Positions 47,714 to 62,223 are shown, counted from the first letter of the stretch. The stretch is DNA of 64,000 bases from Antedon mediterranea (GCF_964355755.1 NC_092674.1:16678001-16742000); one strand, 5' to 3'. Notes: generated by a model not told the origin, from the letters alone. A program made the numbers and translations.

Positions 47714-48319
47714 GTATGACTTTTGTGTTTGATTAGCCCACTCCTGCCAGCTTATTGGACCTTGTAATGATTTTGGACATTTTCATCCAATACCAATAGC
47801 TTAGATGCACAGTGTGAATTTAAAAATTACACATGCAATTTATGGGGTACACAGAATTAACCATTCCTATCTGTAATAAAATTGACTTAATTAATATTCA
47901 TTGCGTATCTCTGATATCCTTTATCGATTTTCTCCCAAATTTCAATATATTTTGTTACTCTTTTCATTATTGTTACACAAACTCTTTATTTAATCATCAT
48001 ATTTGTTTCTTTCTGCACAGATTTTGTCTGCCGCTTATTTCAAAAAGTTGAATTTTAGTTATTTTCAAATGTTCACTTTTCCATATGTGAAGATTGGAAT
48101 TAAATAATGAAGGAATGAGTGAATGAATTAAAATGTTATACACAATAGTCCAATAATGTCTGTAAAGTTGGTTACTAGTTCCTAGTTCCTTATTCAAATT
48201 AAATGAAAGGGACAGTCACAAATATATAAAAAAACAGATTTTAATACCTAATATTTGAGTTGTTATTGCATCAACATTTTAGCCTTGACCTCTACTTCTT
48301 CTGGTCAAATAATTGTAAA

Positions 48320-48905
48320 TATTTTGGTATGGATCGATGACCTTTGACCTACTCTACCATTAGCTGCCCTAGTTCCGCAATTTTTAAAATTAATTTTTAA
48401 TTTGTTTGTTTTTGAAAAATATAAGTAAGTCAAGTGTTATAACGTTCGTAAAGCTAGTTACTTATTCGCCGTAGACGGCGTAGATGCAAAAACGAAAATA
48501 GGGTGGCAAATGGTAGAGTAGGTCAAGGGTGATCGATCCATATCAAAATATTTTGAAAATATTAAGTAGGTCAAGTGTTATAAGGTTCGTAAAAGCTAGT
48601 TACTTATTCGCCGTAGAGGGCGTATATGCAAAAAAGTTCGCGGAAATAAGATAAATTAGGTTAAGGGTCATTGATCCATACCAAAATATTGAGTAGGTCA
48701 AGTGTTATAAGGTTCGTAAAAGCAAGTTACTTTTCGTCGTACAGGGCGTAGATGCAAAATAGTTTGTGAAAGTAGGGTGGCAAATGGTAGATTAGGTCGA
48801 GGGTCATCGATGCATACCAAAATATTTTGAAAAATTAAATAGGTCAAGTGTTATAACATTCGAAAAAGCTAGTTACTTACTCGCCATAGAGGGGGTAGAT
48901 GTAGA
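48320..48905. repeat. Divergent ~130-145-bp tandem repeat (4 units) with a partial inverted copy
   Basis: GTCAAGTGTTATAA...AGTTACTT recurs near 48430, 48570, 48697 and 48844; reversed piece at 48320-48380. Confidence 0.8.
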
Positions 48906-50579
48906 TTTTTTTTCTACCAAGATCCATTTACTATATTAATTTATGTCAAAAAACAGCTGCAGTAAATTAATCAATCATACAACAAATTAAAAAGAAAATT
49001 ATACCATTAATTTTATTTAAATAATTAACTTTTGAAATACAATATTTTTCACCTAATTTTCAATATATCAACACATAATAATGTGTGACACTAAAAATGT
49101 ATGTTCTATTTGATTTTTGTATCAAAATGTTCCAAATACTAAGGTTTGTATTAGCTGTAATAAAATATTTGTTTAATAGGTTGTCAAAAAAACATTATTG
49201 CCATTTTTTATTGCTATTTTTTTACTATATTAATTAAAAAACGGTTGCATTTTGTGTTTATCCAATGATTGATATTAATCATAATCACTGTAATGAATCA
49301 GATGAATCAAAAAGTTCTCTACTGCACCTCGCTTGTTGTACACATAGTATTTATTGAATATATTCTCTGCATGACTTGTAATGTGTTAACATGCATTTGC
49401 AGAGCAACACACATCTGACAGGCTCTACGACAGCCAATTGACACAGGTCAGCAATAATAACTGGATTAAATGCGACATCATTATGGCAAGCTGGAGCGGA
49501 TCCAAACATTTTCTAAAAGAAAGATCCAGAAAAAAAGGGTACTTTAACCAAGGACATAAATTGTTTTTTGCAGCGTACATTCGCATTCTTTACGTAGGTA
49601 TTTATGACTTTTAACAGATTGTGTTTGTACATAATAAATATGACACACAAGACCCGTTAAAAGTAATATCCAGGATTCTGAATGCTTACGTATAATGTAT
49701 GTTTTATTCATTCATATACAAAGTAACACCCAATTGGATCGACGAGCTGGATGACTCAGTAGGCTTGTATTCCTACTTGACAATTTTTTTAAAATATTTT
49801 TTTTAGTTTGAGAGAGATTATTTAGAGGGTTAGGTTTTTAATATTTAGGACGAGTTTTATTATTTATGTTTTTCATCAAGACAAGTTCATAGTTGATAAA
49901 ACTAAGCCGTCAGACAGATAGATGCAACACCGATGCCACATACATGACCAATGACCCATCAACTACAGTCATTCTCCAAGCACAGAAACATAACACAAAA
50001 GTATGTGCAACATCAAAACAGACATGTACCAGTAGATTGAAATCCTTTCACCATGCCTTCAACAAACACTGCATGTAGCCAAAGTAATTGTACCTGGTCA
50101 TTTTGCTAACACCTTCATCTTTTAATTATTGTGCACCGGCACAACATCTATAAATGTACAGGTAGCCCCTTTCATCTGGCTAGACGCAACACATGGTATC
50201 TATCTCTAGTTCCGAAAAACTCTGGGTATGGTTACTTTGTTCAGAAAAATGCAGGTTTGTGTTATTTATATTATCTATAAGTATGAAGAAGAACTGACTG
50301 TAAAGATGGATTTGAAAAAATGATACCCATGGATCAATGAAAAATAGTGCATAACAACAACAACAGCCCGGCGGTCCTACTAAACACCACAAGATACCAC
50401 CAGATACCACCAGATACCTACTAGAGCAATAAATCTTACCACCAGAGAGCAGCCACCTGTTTGGAATTGATTATTAAGGGTATATTGCAAATTTCAAAGC
50501 TTAATTCTTTCAGAAACTGATAAAAATTGAAGTTTAAAGTTGAATTTCTCGCCGTCTTATTCTAGAACCGAATGCGTTT

Positions 50580-51225
50580 GATAAACATTAGCAACGAAAA
50601 GAATGCATTCATCCGTGTCTCTTGCGTATTGTATTCAACGGTCAACTATGAGGCGCTACCGATGCTTTTTTGTTACCTTAGTCAGTCACATAAAATACAC
50701 CAATCGCGCGATTAGTCTTTCTTTTGACATTATGTTTTTATCATGTTTTGTATGTCAAAATCGGTAACGATAACATAACAAATAGCATACGATAACATTT
50801 TTTTTGCACATTAATTTTAATTATTTCCCTTTGTTGCAGACTCATCCAAAATTTCAAGGTCATTATTTAGCTTTACTAATTCAATCTCTCTTATATTATA
50901 TAGCATTAAGAGCTTAGCAATTAAATAAAAAATGTTGTATATTTTCTATTTCACCAGATTTCTTTAGACATAAAATACACGGTAATATCAAGTTAAAACT
51001 TCTGTTTTATTTTCTCTTTCCACATTCCTATTCTATAATGAGTTTACTCTATTTTAACATACGATTACCATCACTGACAAAAGGTAGTTGGCATTCAGTT
51101 TTATTTATTTTTAATAAATGTTATAGTGTACAGAAACGAATTTCTGATTTTATTTGACCAAATAAATTCATCGGTAGCGCCTTGAGACATGGATGAATGC
51201 GTTCGTTTCGTTGCTATAATGTTTG
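50580..51225. mobile_element. Decayed MITE-like inverted repeat pair
   Basis: AAACATTAGCAACGAAAAGAATGCATTCATCCGTGTCTC...GGCGCTACCGATG versus CATCGGTAGCGCC..GAGACATGGATGAATGCG..TTTCGTTGCTATAATGTTT. Confidence 0.55.
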
Positions 51226-51879
51226 TTTCTTCCTATTTTTTATACATACTAAGATAACCCATAAAGCTAGCTGAAAAAGCTTATTTCCAATAGGGTCGTC
51301 CTGATTTGAAATTTTAAAAAAAGGTTCATAATAATGCACACATCATCATGTAGGGTTTAAAAAACTTATTACCATGAGTATTTTCTTGTGTGTATAGGCA
51401 TATGAAAACTCAGTTTTCAAGAAATCTAAAAAATATAGACCCCATAAATCTCTCAATATTACGTTATATAGTGCCAGAGGCATAGGCTAGTTGCTGTCTG
51501 TGGGTGCGAAAAAATGCGGGCCGATCTGTAAGAAAATTTTGAAAAATAAAGCTTCTAAGTCCCGGAAATTGGACTTATAAATTGATATATGAACAAAATT
51601 ACTGGCCTAGGTTGCTCTGAAAAAAAAAAACTTCCTCCAAAAGTCCTCAATTCATACCATTCAACAACAATGCATTTATCATCAACCTTCAATGCATTCA
51701 TTCATCACGAAGTCAAATCTGTGGTCGTCAAGTCAAACGATTCATCGCAAAATCATTCATCATGAACACAAAACGTTCATCGCGAAATCAAACCCTTCAC
51801 GTGAAGTCAAATTGTTTATCGCTAGACCAATCATGGTGAAACCAAACCAATCATCATGAAGCTAGCTGTTTCAAAACCC

Positions 51880-52028
51880 TTCATCCCCAAGTCGTTCATC
51901 CCCAACTCGTTCATCCCCAAGTCGTTCATCCCCAACTCGTTCATCCCCAACTCGTTCATCCCCAACTCGTTCATCCCCAACTCGTTCATCCCCAACTCGT
52001 TCATCCCCAACTCGTTCATCCCCAAGTC
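51880..52028. repeat. 15-bp minisatellite (TTCATCCCCAACTCG), about 10 copies
   Basis: Direct tandem; degenerate related units upstream from about 51670. Confidence 0.95.
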
Positions 52029-53129
52029 AGTTTAGCTAACTCGAACCCCAACCAACTTGTGCTAACACTAACTGGTACCTAATTATATGTCTCACTTGTA
52101 CCCATAATTTGGTGTACTCGTACCCATTATTATTGTTGTTGTATGTGAATGTCTTGTCAAATTGAATTTTTGGAAGGGTCTATAATGATCAGTTTCGGCT
52201 GAACGGGCCATCCTCGTAAAATAATGTTAAAATAAATAAAATATAATTTGTTGTCTTACTCGTACCCATTGGCTTGCGGCATGATGTATGGGGTGCGATC
52301 ACATTTTCGTCGTTTATATAGATTTTACGTGATAGGAGCTAGATTATTTTACCGTGTGAATATTTTATATACAGGTCCCGGAGATGTCAATCAAAATTTT
52401 GTAATCACCATTTAATCATTCAATTAGGCATATACTGTTAAAATTATTATGAAACCATCAATATTATCCAGTTAATGCTTGCTGTACAAGAAAGACAACC
52501 TTAAATCGTAAAGCAAATGAAGATATGTACTGTGAGACAGGGGAGATATACCACAATATGCCGTTACCATCTTTATGAAGAATTGTTTGATTCATCTGAC
52601 AGTGATTATAATTACTAATTATCATTGGATAAATACAAATGTTCCTGTTTTATGGGATAATGGATTTTCTAGTTTGAAAATGTACCATTACAGCAAGTAG
52701 AAATAGTTTGCCTAACAATTTTTATATCTTCAGAATGATTTCTGTGACTTCATTTCTATTGTTTAGAGCAAATTCATAATATTAAATCGTTTTGGTGGAA
52801 ACTTGACAGTTTCGCTGTCCTGCTCGGACAGCTTCTTCAGAAGAAATGACAAATATGTCATTAAACAGATTGAACATAAATTAATCATAAAATGATATGA
52901 TGATGATAGAATGAAAAATGATGTTTTTACATCAAAAAACAATTTTCTGGCAATACTTGCTTTGCAGTATTAAATGGAGGCTGACACCCGCCCCCCCCCC
53001 CTGGTGCATAAAAAAATGTATTATAAAATTTTCATGAACTGCAACATTACGTACTGAACTAAATGGTCTGATCTATTTACGGATATACAATCTTTGATGA
53101 AACAAGTTATGTCTTCTTTTACTTTATAG

Positions 53130-53240
53130 AACATTTTGATAGTAGCAGTGCCTCATCAGAAGAACTGACTGAGAAAAGTAGCAATTTAGAATCTATGACA
53201 ACAAGTGGACTATCAGGCTCAATGGCATCACTGTATTCAG
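53130..53240 (+). CDS. RUBCN: Rubicon exon (EHFDSSSASSEELTEKSSNLESMTTSGLSGSMASLYS)
   Basis: Pyrimidine tract plus TAG acceptor, CAG|GTAACA donor, open frame, phase 1-1. Confidence 0.8.
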
Positions 53241-53711
53241 GTAACAAGGAAGTTGTAGTCTGTGTGATTTTTTTCTCTATTTAGTGTCAAGCAGTCCGAT
53301 TAGGTCTATGTAAAGGAGTGTTTGCAGGTGCAAATGATGGGAACTTATGATTTGGAAATTACAGTTATATACAAATCTGGATCTGCCACTGGTCACATTA
53401 AATTTGCTTTTATCCGAGATGGGCTTCTTTTCGAAAGATGACTTGAGGTTTCACAGTATATTTTTTGATCTATTTTTATTGTATAATAATATTGTTTGTG
53501 TACATTTTCCCAGTTCTTTGTTTGTATGGCCCAAGTGAAAATTGTCTTGAGAAACTCAAAATTGTATATTGTTCATAATAAACATTAAATGGGATTTACA
53601 GTTTTTTAAACTATTACTGTAGAGTTTACCATTTACCGAGTGAGTTCTCTTTGATTGGTTTTGAGTTATTGTAACCATTGATCAGATAGTGGCAGTTATA
53701 AAAAATACAGA

Positions 53712-56700
53712 CGCCCATATTCTTAAACCGAACTTTAGTCGTAGTACGAGCTAAAACTTTTTTTCATTTTAATTCTTAAACCGAAGAACTAATACAATAT
53801 AATAATTACCGTCACGATTGTAAGCCTGATCTGTGTGAAAGAGTCCACTATATAACGCCTGCTTACGCAGCGAAGCAAGGATAATTCGGGACATTTTGCT
53901 TGATTGAGAAAGACTGTGTCAATTATTATTTTATGCATCGTAAATAAAAACCAATAAAACTAAACGACGGACACAAAAAAACATCAGAAAACATGTGCAC
54001 GCATGGTATGTTTTCAATTTTTAAATTCTTTTTAAAGTCTGTTACAGATATTTCAATTTTTTTCATTACCACTTTGTTTTCTTCATGTGTGCATTTACTT
54101 TACACCGCCGTTCCGCAACCTATGGGTTGAGAAAAAAAAATGATTCGCGAAAATTGTTTCAATTGGGAATCGACGTATTTGACGCATAGTTCGTTGTTAA
54201 TATATAAGAGGGGAATCCCTTTTAGGACGTGGATTTAACAACCTACCAAAATGGTTCTCCAACGCTGTTTTTCTGTAGTTTGCAAAGGAGTGTGTAACTT
54301 GACTGAAAAACTGTGAACTCAGTGGGAACTTTTACAATACACATTAGAATATTAGAAAGAACAATATAAACAGGTCCATCCCAAATTACACTCATAGCGA
54401 TGTTGTTCAGGCCCTAGCCAGGGGAAATCTTTATGGTTCGGGAGAACCCCTTGACGTTAGCATTGAACGCAAATGTGTTTACCGTTTTGCCAATGGCTAA
54501 GCTCGCTAATATTAGAGACGTGTCATTTCCGGCCAACTAGAGGTGCCATTTATCATGATTTTTACGTGCGAGAGTACCATTTCCAGCCATCTAGGGGTGT
54601 CAAAATTCGCCACAGTAAGCTCAATACGCAATGTTCCTTTAATCAAAATCCTTTAACAAAACTGACAATTGCCCTTCACCTTCCACAGATCTAACCATTA
54701 AAGTCTGTCACAGATATTTAAATTTTTCACACTTTGTTTCTTTGTGTGTATATTTACTTTACACCATGGACAAATCTAAACATCTGTTGATGAAAAAAAT
54801 GATGCCATGGCATCATTTTTTTTTAAGTCTGTCACAGACATTTCAATTTTTTTGCAACACTTCTTCGTTTCTTTGTGTGTGCATTTACTTTACAACACAG
54901 ACAATCAAACAATAATCATATCACCATTTTTTAAATCAGCAACTATTTCCTCTAATTCTAAGAAAGATGTACCATCTTCTATCACATAGTCTACTTTAAA
55001 TTCATCCTCTACCATATCTACAATATTGCCATCCCACCACTTATCGTGATTGTTCCATAGGTGTTGGATTTTTTTTCCAATCAGAATGTGATGTGATGTG
55101 ACGTAATAATTTTATGTATTTGATTAGATTGATTGGTTGATACATTACTTAAGTTTATTAGTGTTTATAAGTTGATTGTTGTTGAACTTCTTCCCTGCAG
55201 ATGAAAAGCAGAAGAGAGTTGGGTCTGCTTTCTGTGATAGAAATTGTTTTCGGATGTTAAGTTTTTAAGGCAACTAAACATTTTATGGCGGTGTTAAGTC
55301 TTCCGTATAGATTTAGCAAAAGAATCGAGTGGGTGCATTGCTCAATGGAATTCGTTCAGTTCCTTGTTTTCCTTTGCTTGTCTAAGTTGAGCATTGACAA
55401 CTTTGTTTGCTACACATCTATCTGTCATAGTGTTAGCTACGTTGTTTATTACACTGTTTTTTCCTTCATCGAGTGGCTCAATTAAGTGATTTACCACTTT
55501 AACATATGCATCTGCTGTTCCAGACGCCATTTCTCCAATGCCTAGTGTATATATTTGGTCGGCATCACTAATTTGTGCGTCAGCAAAATGTTTTTTTTTT
55601 AAATGTACCATCATAGTATAGTGTGGTTTTTTCCTTTGAACTTAAAACACTCTTCACATGTAATCGTGAAAGTTCCTGCATTTCACGCAACAATCTCAGA
55701 CAGCTGCTTTTATTCGGAAGTTCTTCAACCTTACAACCAGTCATGTTTACAATGTGACGGATAACCGGAGCAATATTAGCTGCCGTCACTTCATGTTAAA
55801 AACAGAAGTAAACCACTTCTCTGATTTTTGGATTGAACATTTTTCCATCATCTTTTTTTTGTATACGTTCACCAAGAGAACTTTGATCTTTCGCATCATT
55901 TTCCAACTGCTTTTTTTACTATCAAGAGCTGTTCTGCTACTTGCTTGACTTGGTTGGATGATCTGTTATTTTGTGTTCTATAAAACCTTTGGGAGGTTCT
56001 GTTTTGCCGTTTAACGTCTCAGTTCGCTGTGTACATCATTCACATCTGCATTTGTGTAAAAAAATTTGATTTCTTTTTTTCATTCTTTCTTCTATTTAAG
56101 CTTTATTTGCTTTTCCTTTCGTTTCAGTGCAAAGTTGAACCATTTTATGTTAGCTTTCTTTAATTTTGAAGCAAGATTTTCATTTTCAGATTTAACATCC
56201 AATTTTTTTCCCCATTTCCTCTCCCGATTTTCGCATCGCTACAATTTCTTCTCAAAGTTGTTGGCTTTTCACGTTTAACAATGAACATTCTTTACATTTT
56301 TTTTTTCAGTTTCTTTTTTAATTAGTGGTTGTGAAAGCTCAAATCTTCTTCCCATAAATTTTGTTAACTTGTTTTCTTTTGGACGTTTCTTATAAGATTT
56401 GTCAGTCCATATATATATTTGAAACGATAAGATGAGGAAATCTGTGAGAATGGGAAACAGATTTGAACAGAGGTCGGCATTTTAAGAGATCAATTAAAAA
56501 AACATGCCCATTTAGAGTAGGTAGGCTTGCAATTCCATTTGGATTTCATAGCTTAGTGGAGGTTGGTGAGTATACAGTAGGTCCAGGGGTTATGAGGTAT
56601 CAAAATAATTGGAATTGTACTGAGAAGGTTTTAAACTAATTTTGAAACCCTGCCCTGGGCGCGATATGATTGGTAGTGTGTTACTGTTATAATAATGAAA

Positions 56701-57258
56701 AGCATGTTTATTTACAACCGTATATAAATTACATTATTTTCTTCGCGGCAAGTCCAACTACATCACGTCAGAGCAACAACGGGAGATGCGGAAATTACGC
56801 ATGCGATGGGTTGTTTAGAGGGCCTAGCGCTTTCTGTTCACGCTATGAAGTGCATGGTTTGTCGCTATCATACTTTGTCGCTATTATACTTTGTTGGAGG
56901 CCTAGAAAATATGAAAGTTACCATACCACCATGGTTCCTACAAACATTTTGTAGTTTTTGGTTGTTGTTAATCAAAAGTACTTCATTGTTAAATTAATAC
57001 TGATCTTGTTCTAATAATGAACAATTAAAATTATATTTCATGTATAGTCCTGATGCGTAAAAAGTTTTGTAGTAACAAAATGGAAAGTGATATTAATACA
57101 CAAAATTTTATCATTGGACAATTAGCCTTATTTACACAGACGTGTGAAACTCGACTAAAAGCCTGACTTCATTAAATCGAACTTGAATAGCTTAAATTGG
57201 CACTTTTTGAACGTCTCAGTTCGAACTGCGACTAAAGTCTGGTTTAAGAATATGGGCG
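53712..57258. mobile_element. PIF/Harbinger-like TIR element with nested content
   Basis: TIRs CGCCCATATTCTTAAACCGAACTTTAGTCG and CGACTAAAGTCTGGTTTAAGAATATGGGCG; 3-bp TSD AGA. Confidence 0.8.
54905..56400 (-). pseudogene. Frameshifted DDE-transposase-like sequence
   Basis: TLYYDGT, ANTMTDR and EFH*AMHPL (probable CxxH); distal segment GKKIQHLW...WWDGNIV...LKNGDM. Confidence 0.6.
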
Positions 57259-57480
57259 AGAGACTTGACATTCAATAGCTAAAAAATACAACACTTTATT
57301 GGGTTTTCCAACACAACCTGATTTCACAACACAAGTCTCTCCTCCTCAACCCACGAGGTCTCTCCCTGAACGCCCTCTATAGTAGAGTGACATTAACTTA
57401 TAAGGTTACATTATTACTGATTATACTGAACCACAAATACAAAGCCTAGAATTACGGTGTTAATGTGTTTTTATGTGCAG

Positions 57481-57650
57481 ATGCTGATGTACGTAGAGGT
57501 GTTGTGGCTGCTACATACGTCTTGCCAATTCTCCCATCTGTTACAGCAGAATCTGTTGCCCTCTCATTGCTTAAGAAGTTTTCTGAGAAGCATCTTCCAG
57601 CGGCTTCAGACCTTCAATGGATGGTTACAGAAAATGATGCACCACAAGCT
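57481..57650 (+). CDS. RUBCN: Rubicon exon (DADVRRG...AESVALSLLKKFSEKHLPAASDLQWMVTENDAPQA)
   Basis: TGCAG acceptor and GTAATT donor; matches recalled Rubicon AEAVAMGLLKQF...LPAASELEWLVPEHDAPQ. Confidence 0.93.
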
Positions 57651-58824
57651 GTAATTATAACTTGTTTTTCTTGTTTTCAAAATATATACATATAAGGGTC
57701 CGCTTTTCTGAAAATCAAAATATACAGTATTTTGTATTGGCAGCAGAAAAGGGTACACAATTACGGTATAAATTTATAATTACCGTATTTTATCCACAAA
57801 TTTGGTATTTTTGCAAGCACCATTTCTGCTGCCAAAAATATATTTAGATATTAGATATTTAGAAAATACCGTATTATATATAGTAGCAGCAGAAACAGGC
57901 CCTAAAAGGTCTTGGGGAAAACTTCTTAGTCAGGCAGCATTTGTCATTTACTTTATGCGATTTGGCCAAGTTTGATTTTTCACTTTCACTAGGACTTGTT
58001 ATTTCTATTTGTTTTTTCTTCTAAGCATAGTAAACTTTTAGCACAGAAAGCTGCATTTTATGTAGAGACCCTGAGTGGATTTTAACATACATTTACAAAA
58101 ATTAAGAAATATGCCCTTACGTAAATTTATATATAGATTCATTATATGAATGACATTTACTGCAAAATGTTCCATTAGGACAAATAGAAATATGCATGTT
58201 ACGAAATTTCCTTCTGGCATGCTTGTAAAGGTAAACTTTAGTGCTCTGCTTGCGCTCTTTCCCATCGAATCCACAAGCTCCACCAACAACCGATTTAAAA
58301 GAACATGAAATCTCCATGTTGTTTGTAATCAGACAATAATTGGTTATCCTCAAGGTATTACCCCCCCTTTTTTTTTCATCTTCCATCTTCTTTATTCTTC
58401 TTTCTTTCCACGACTTTTGTGCACAGCTTATCTCAAAAGCATATCATTTTGTAACTTTACCAGAATTTTTACCTTTATCTGAAGATGTCGTAATAAGGTT
58501 TTCGTTAGTGCCATATTATATGCTAATTAGTAATTAATTAGTACAAATTTTAGGATTTTATCAAATTTTTTGAAACTTTACTAAATTATTGTCCAGGTGC
58601 TAGTTAACGTAACTGTAAAATATTAAAACGCTAGGTGGTTACGTTTGGCTTCCAGAGGCTGTTAAATCGTAAAATCGTTACTTTTTGATTTTCTCGAAAA
58701 CTAAGCAATATTTTACCAAACAAACTACACATCAGGTTTACTTACATCAAGGTCAAGGCAAAATATGAGCAAATTCGAAATTTTGACCCTTGCTACCTAA
58801 TGTTTGGTATTTAGTGACTGGCCC

Positions 58825-59350
58825 TCTTAAAAAACTAAGAAACAAAGTAAATAAAAATATTAAAAAGTGTAAGACAGAGTATTTCTCAAATCAATTAAAA
58901 ACTAAGACATTAGGTATATTGTCCCATCTAAAAGTAAAAGCAATCAAATACCTGCACTTAATACTAAAAATGGTCTTCAATCATATCCCAAAACTATTGA
59001 TAATGAAGTGAACAATTATTTTGTAAATGTAGGACCAAATTTAGCTATCACATCTCCAATATAACTTTTATAATAAATATGTCTTTAATTTCTGGAGAAT
59101 TCCCTAATCATTGGAAAAATGCAAGGATATGTTAAATTTGTTTAAATGGTAATATAAAGAATCATGTATTTATCAACCAATTTAAATTTTGCCCATTATA
59201 TCTAAACTTCTTGAACTGCTGTTTTTGATCAGCTTTACCCATTTATTGACCCTTTAATCTATGAACAACAATCTCAGGTTTCCGACCTAATTTCTCTACC
59301 ACATCAGCTTTATTAAACATTACTGAGGACTGGATTGATGCAATTGAAAG
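58825..59350 (+). pseudogene. Heavily decayed CR1/L2-like LINE fragment
   Basis: KKLRNKVNKNIKKCKTEYF, NYFVNVGPNLA and GFRPNFSTTSALLNITEDW. Confidence 0.7.
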
Positions 59351-59600
59351 CAGTTGTGCTCGCTATTGATATGCTATTATGCTATTGAAGTCTATGGGTT
59401 TAGTGTTACTACTATAGCTGCTATTTCTGCTATAGCTTAGAAAGCAGTTGTGGTTGCTACTGATATGCTATTATGCTATTGAAGTCTATGGGTTTGGTAT
59501 TACTGCTATAGCTGCTATAGCTGCTATAGCTTAGAAAGCAGTTGTAGTTGATACTTATATCCTATTATGCTATTGAAGTCTATGGGTTTAGTGTTACTGC
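59346..59600. repeat. 94-bp tandem repeat, about 3 units
   Basis: GAAAGCAGTTGT at 59346, 59440 and 59534. Confidence 0.85.
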
Positions 59601-60107
59601 TTGGTTGTATGTGCATGGTTATATGCATTGATTTAAATAAAGATGATTTTTAAAAGATATATTGATTGATTGATTTTGTCAGAATCTTTTTTATAATATA
59701 TGAAAGATAGGAACTTGGCAACGCAAAATACAATAGCCGGTATCACTGCACATCGAGCCATATACTACTTACTTGTTACTTGTTTGCATAGCTATCCCCA
59801 TTATTGGGGACATTTCGCCGTCATTGACATTATGTTGACATAGCACAACAATGAGAGACATTAATTTTGATGAGAAGGTCATGGAACACTAATTATTTTA
59901 TAACTAAAAACCTGAGACCTGTAACCCTAGGTACTTGAATAAAACAATCCGATCAAAGATCCCTCCTCATATATGTCATAAACCCACCCTTCTTACATAA
60001 TAATAAAGACATTAATTTTTCTTTAGATTTCATTATAAATCATAATCATCACTAAGAAATAAAATTAAACAAACAATACAGATATAGCAAAAATTTTTGT
60101 TTTGTTT

Positions 60108-60182
60108 CGTTTGCCAAGGTGAGACTCGATCTCGGTACCTTGAATGCTATAGACGAGATCACAGACAACCGAGCCATATACA
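60108..60182 (-). other. Degenerate tRNA-derived sequence (possible SINE head)
   Basis: TGGCTCGGTTG A-box-like and GAGATCGAGTCTC B-box-like motifs. Confidence 0.3.
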
Positions 60183-60329
60183 CACCTGAATGAAAGTTGA
60201 AGAAAGATTCCTCTGTGTATTTACTATGCAGACCACTTTATATAATATAATATAAACATTTAATCTGTAACTCTGACAGAGTGTTCTAGATGGCATATGA
60301 TAAATAAATGCCGATTCAAAATAAGCGGG

Positions 60330-61000
60330 CCTTCGAGTTGTTAATGAAGGCTTGTCTGACCATTCCAACATTATCGAGAACTTGAATAATGTGTTCGTAT
60401 TTCTACCACGTTTCGAGCATTTGTCATCTTGGAAGAATAGCTTTTTCGTCATCCGATCATTATCGGATCTAATCAGATGTTCAGCATAATTTCTGGGTTT
60501 TGATGAATGTAGATAAATCACATGTCTTAAATATATTGTGAATGTCGATGTTAGTGTAATACAGTTTATAACATTCATCATCTAAAGTGTTTTTTCGCCG
60601 ATAACCATTACGGATCATTTGTCGTAAAAACGTACACCAGGTCAAAATCAAGTTTATTTGATTGTGCAGACGTTAAAACCTAGTTTTGACAATTGAATGT
60701 CAATCGACTTCGAATATAAGCTAGTAGGAAAATCAAACGAATTTGGAGAAGAATATTCCCAGTTTCCTGTGGTATTCTGGTCATGGACGATTTGAGAGCC
60801 AAGATAGCGCAAAAATGTCGGTGTTTTTGATAGGTTTTCCATCAAGGGATATAACACTCTTGGGATGAACATCTTCTCCATATGTGAATTTATGATTGGT
60901 AGTCATGGTTTCTGTTTTAGTCGCATTTATTTTCAGTTTGAATTGTTTGAAAATGGAATCGATCAGGGAGAGTGATGGTGCAGATAGATTATTACACACC
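60330..61000 (-). pseudogene. Decayed LINE RT 3' fragment
   Basis: LKINATKTETM, FLRYLGSQI and YAEHLIR motifs. Confidence 0.6.
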
Positions 61001-61248
61001 GCAATGAATCATAATTTTTTACTACGATGATATCTTTAAAAAATGTTTTAAATGATGCACTGTCAAAGTATATACTTTTAACTTTAATATATGAACATTT
61101 TAAAGAAGAAGGTTAATGTTAAGTTTGTTTTTTCGATCCAAGAAAATGTCATAGTTTGTTTGATTGTCGAAATTAAAAATGTTTTATTTAATATGCAATT
61201 TTTCTTTTAATTTCATAATAAATCATACATATGATACATACACTTTAA

Positions 61249-61648
61249 AGGTCCATTTATACTATAGCAGATAATGATCGACGATAAATAAATAAACATA
61301 CATTTTTCTTACATAAAGCAAAATAAATTGGAAAAGTTTTTGTTTTAGAACTATAGGATAATCATTTATGCTGTCATTGATAAAAATAATATTTTTTAAA
61401 TCCGATCAAATGACGTCATGATCAATAAAAACAATAACATCATTGTATTACCACGATATTATTGATCTTACTGATCATAACGTCATTTGATTGGACGTGT
61501 GGAAATGTAATTTTCATCAAAGACAGCATAAAATGGTTATCCTATAGTTCTAGGATGAAAACTTTTTAGATTTCCTTATTTTTATGTATGAAAAATGCAT
61601 ATTTATCTATTTATCGTTGACTGTTATCGTCCTAGTGTAAATGGGCCT
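61249..61648. mobile_element. Palindromic Harbinger-like MITE
   Basis: TAA|AGGTCCATTTATACTA ... TAGTGTAAATGGGCCT|TAA; arms inversely homologous along their length. Confidence 0.8.
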
Positions 61649-62223
61649 TAAGCAAAAAAAAAGAAAAATAGGGTCACCATTCTGACGATCTATATTAATT
61701 AAAAAATTTAGCATATTTTCACCATTTTGTTAACTTACACCTGCATAGCCTATCACGTTTGACGTGCTCGTATAACATGGTTTCAATTTGAAAAAGTGAA
61801 TAAAATATGATGAAATTGTTAAAGAAAGGTTGTAAAACAGAAATCAGGCAAAAAGAGTGCACATTACCATTAAACGCTTAAAATTGCCTGAAACATACTT
61901 TAATTTCATAGAAAATATAATTTAAAAAATGTTGACAAATTTAAGCACACGTACGCATGCGTTATATGCGCTACCATATGATAAAATATGACCTGAAATT
62001 TATGATTACCAAATTCGGTTTAATTATAATATGAAGATATGATTACAAACGTGACCGCATAATTTTTGATTGCGTACCATGAAAAGATAATCAAATCGAT
62101 TCCTGGCCATAAGGAATATACTCTGAAAAATTGATGTACCTAGATAATTGACGGACAAATAATGCTAAGGAAAGAATATATAAATAAAGATTAATCACTG
62201 TTATGTGTATATTTTTTTCACAG

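Noticed and set aside
51831-52025. (GMNEL)n pentapeptide ORF
   Set aside because: Translation of a 15-bp minisatellite.
44937-58138. Inverted ATCTATATATAAATTTACGTAAGGGC ends as TIRs of one 13-kb element
   Set aside because: The span contains three Rubicon exons and a third copy exists at 24817; independent insertions are more likely.
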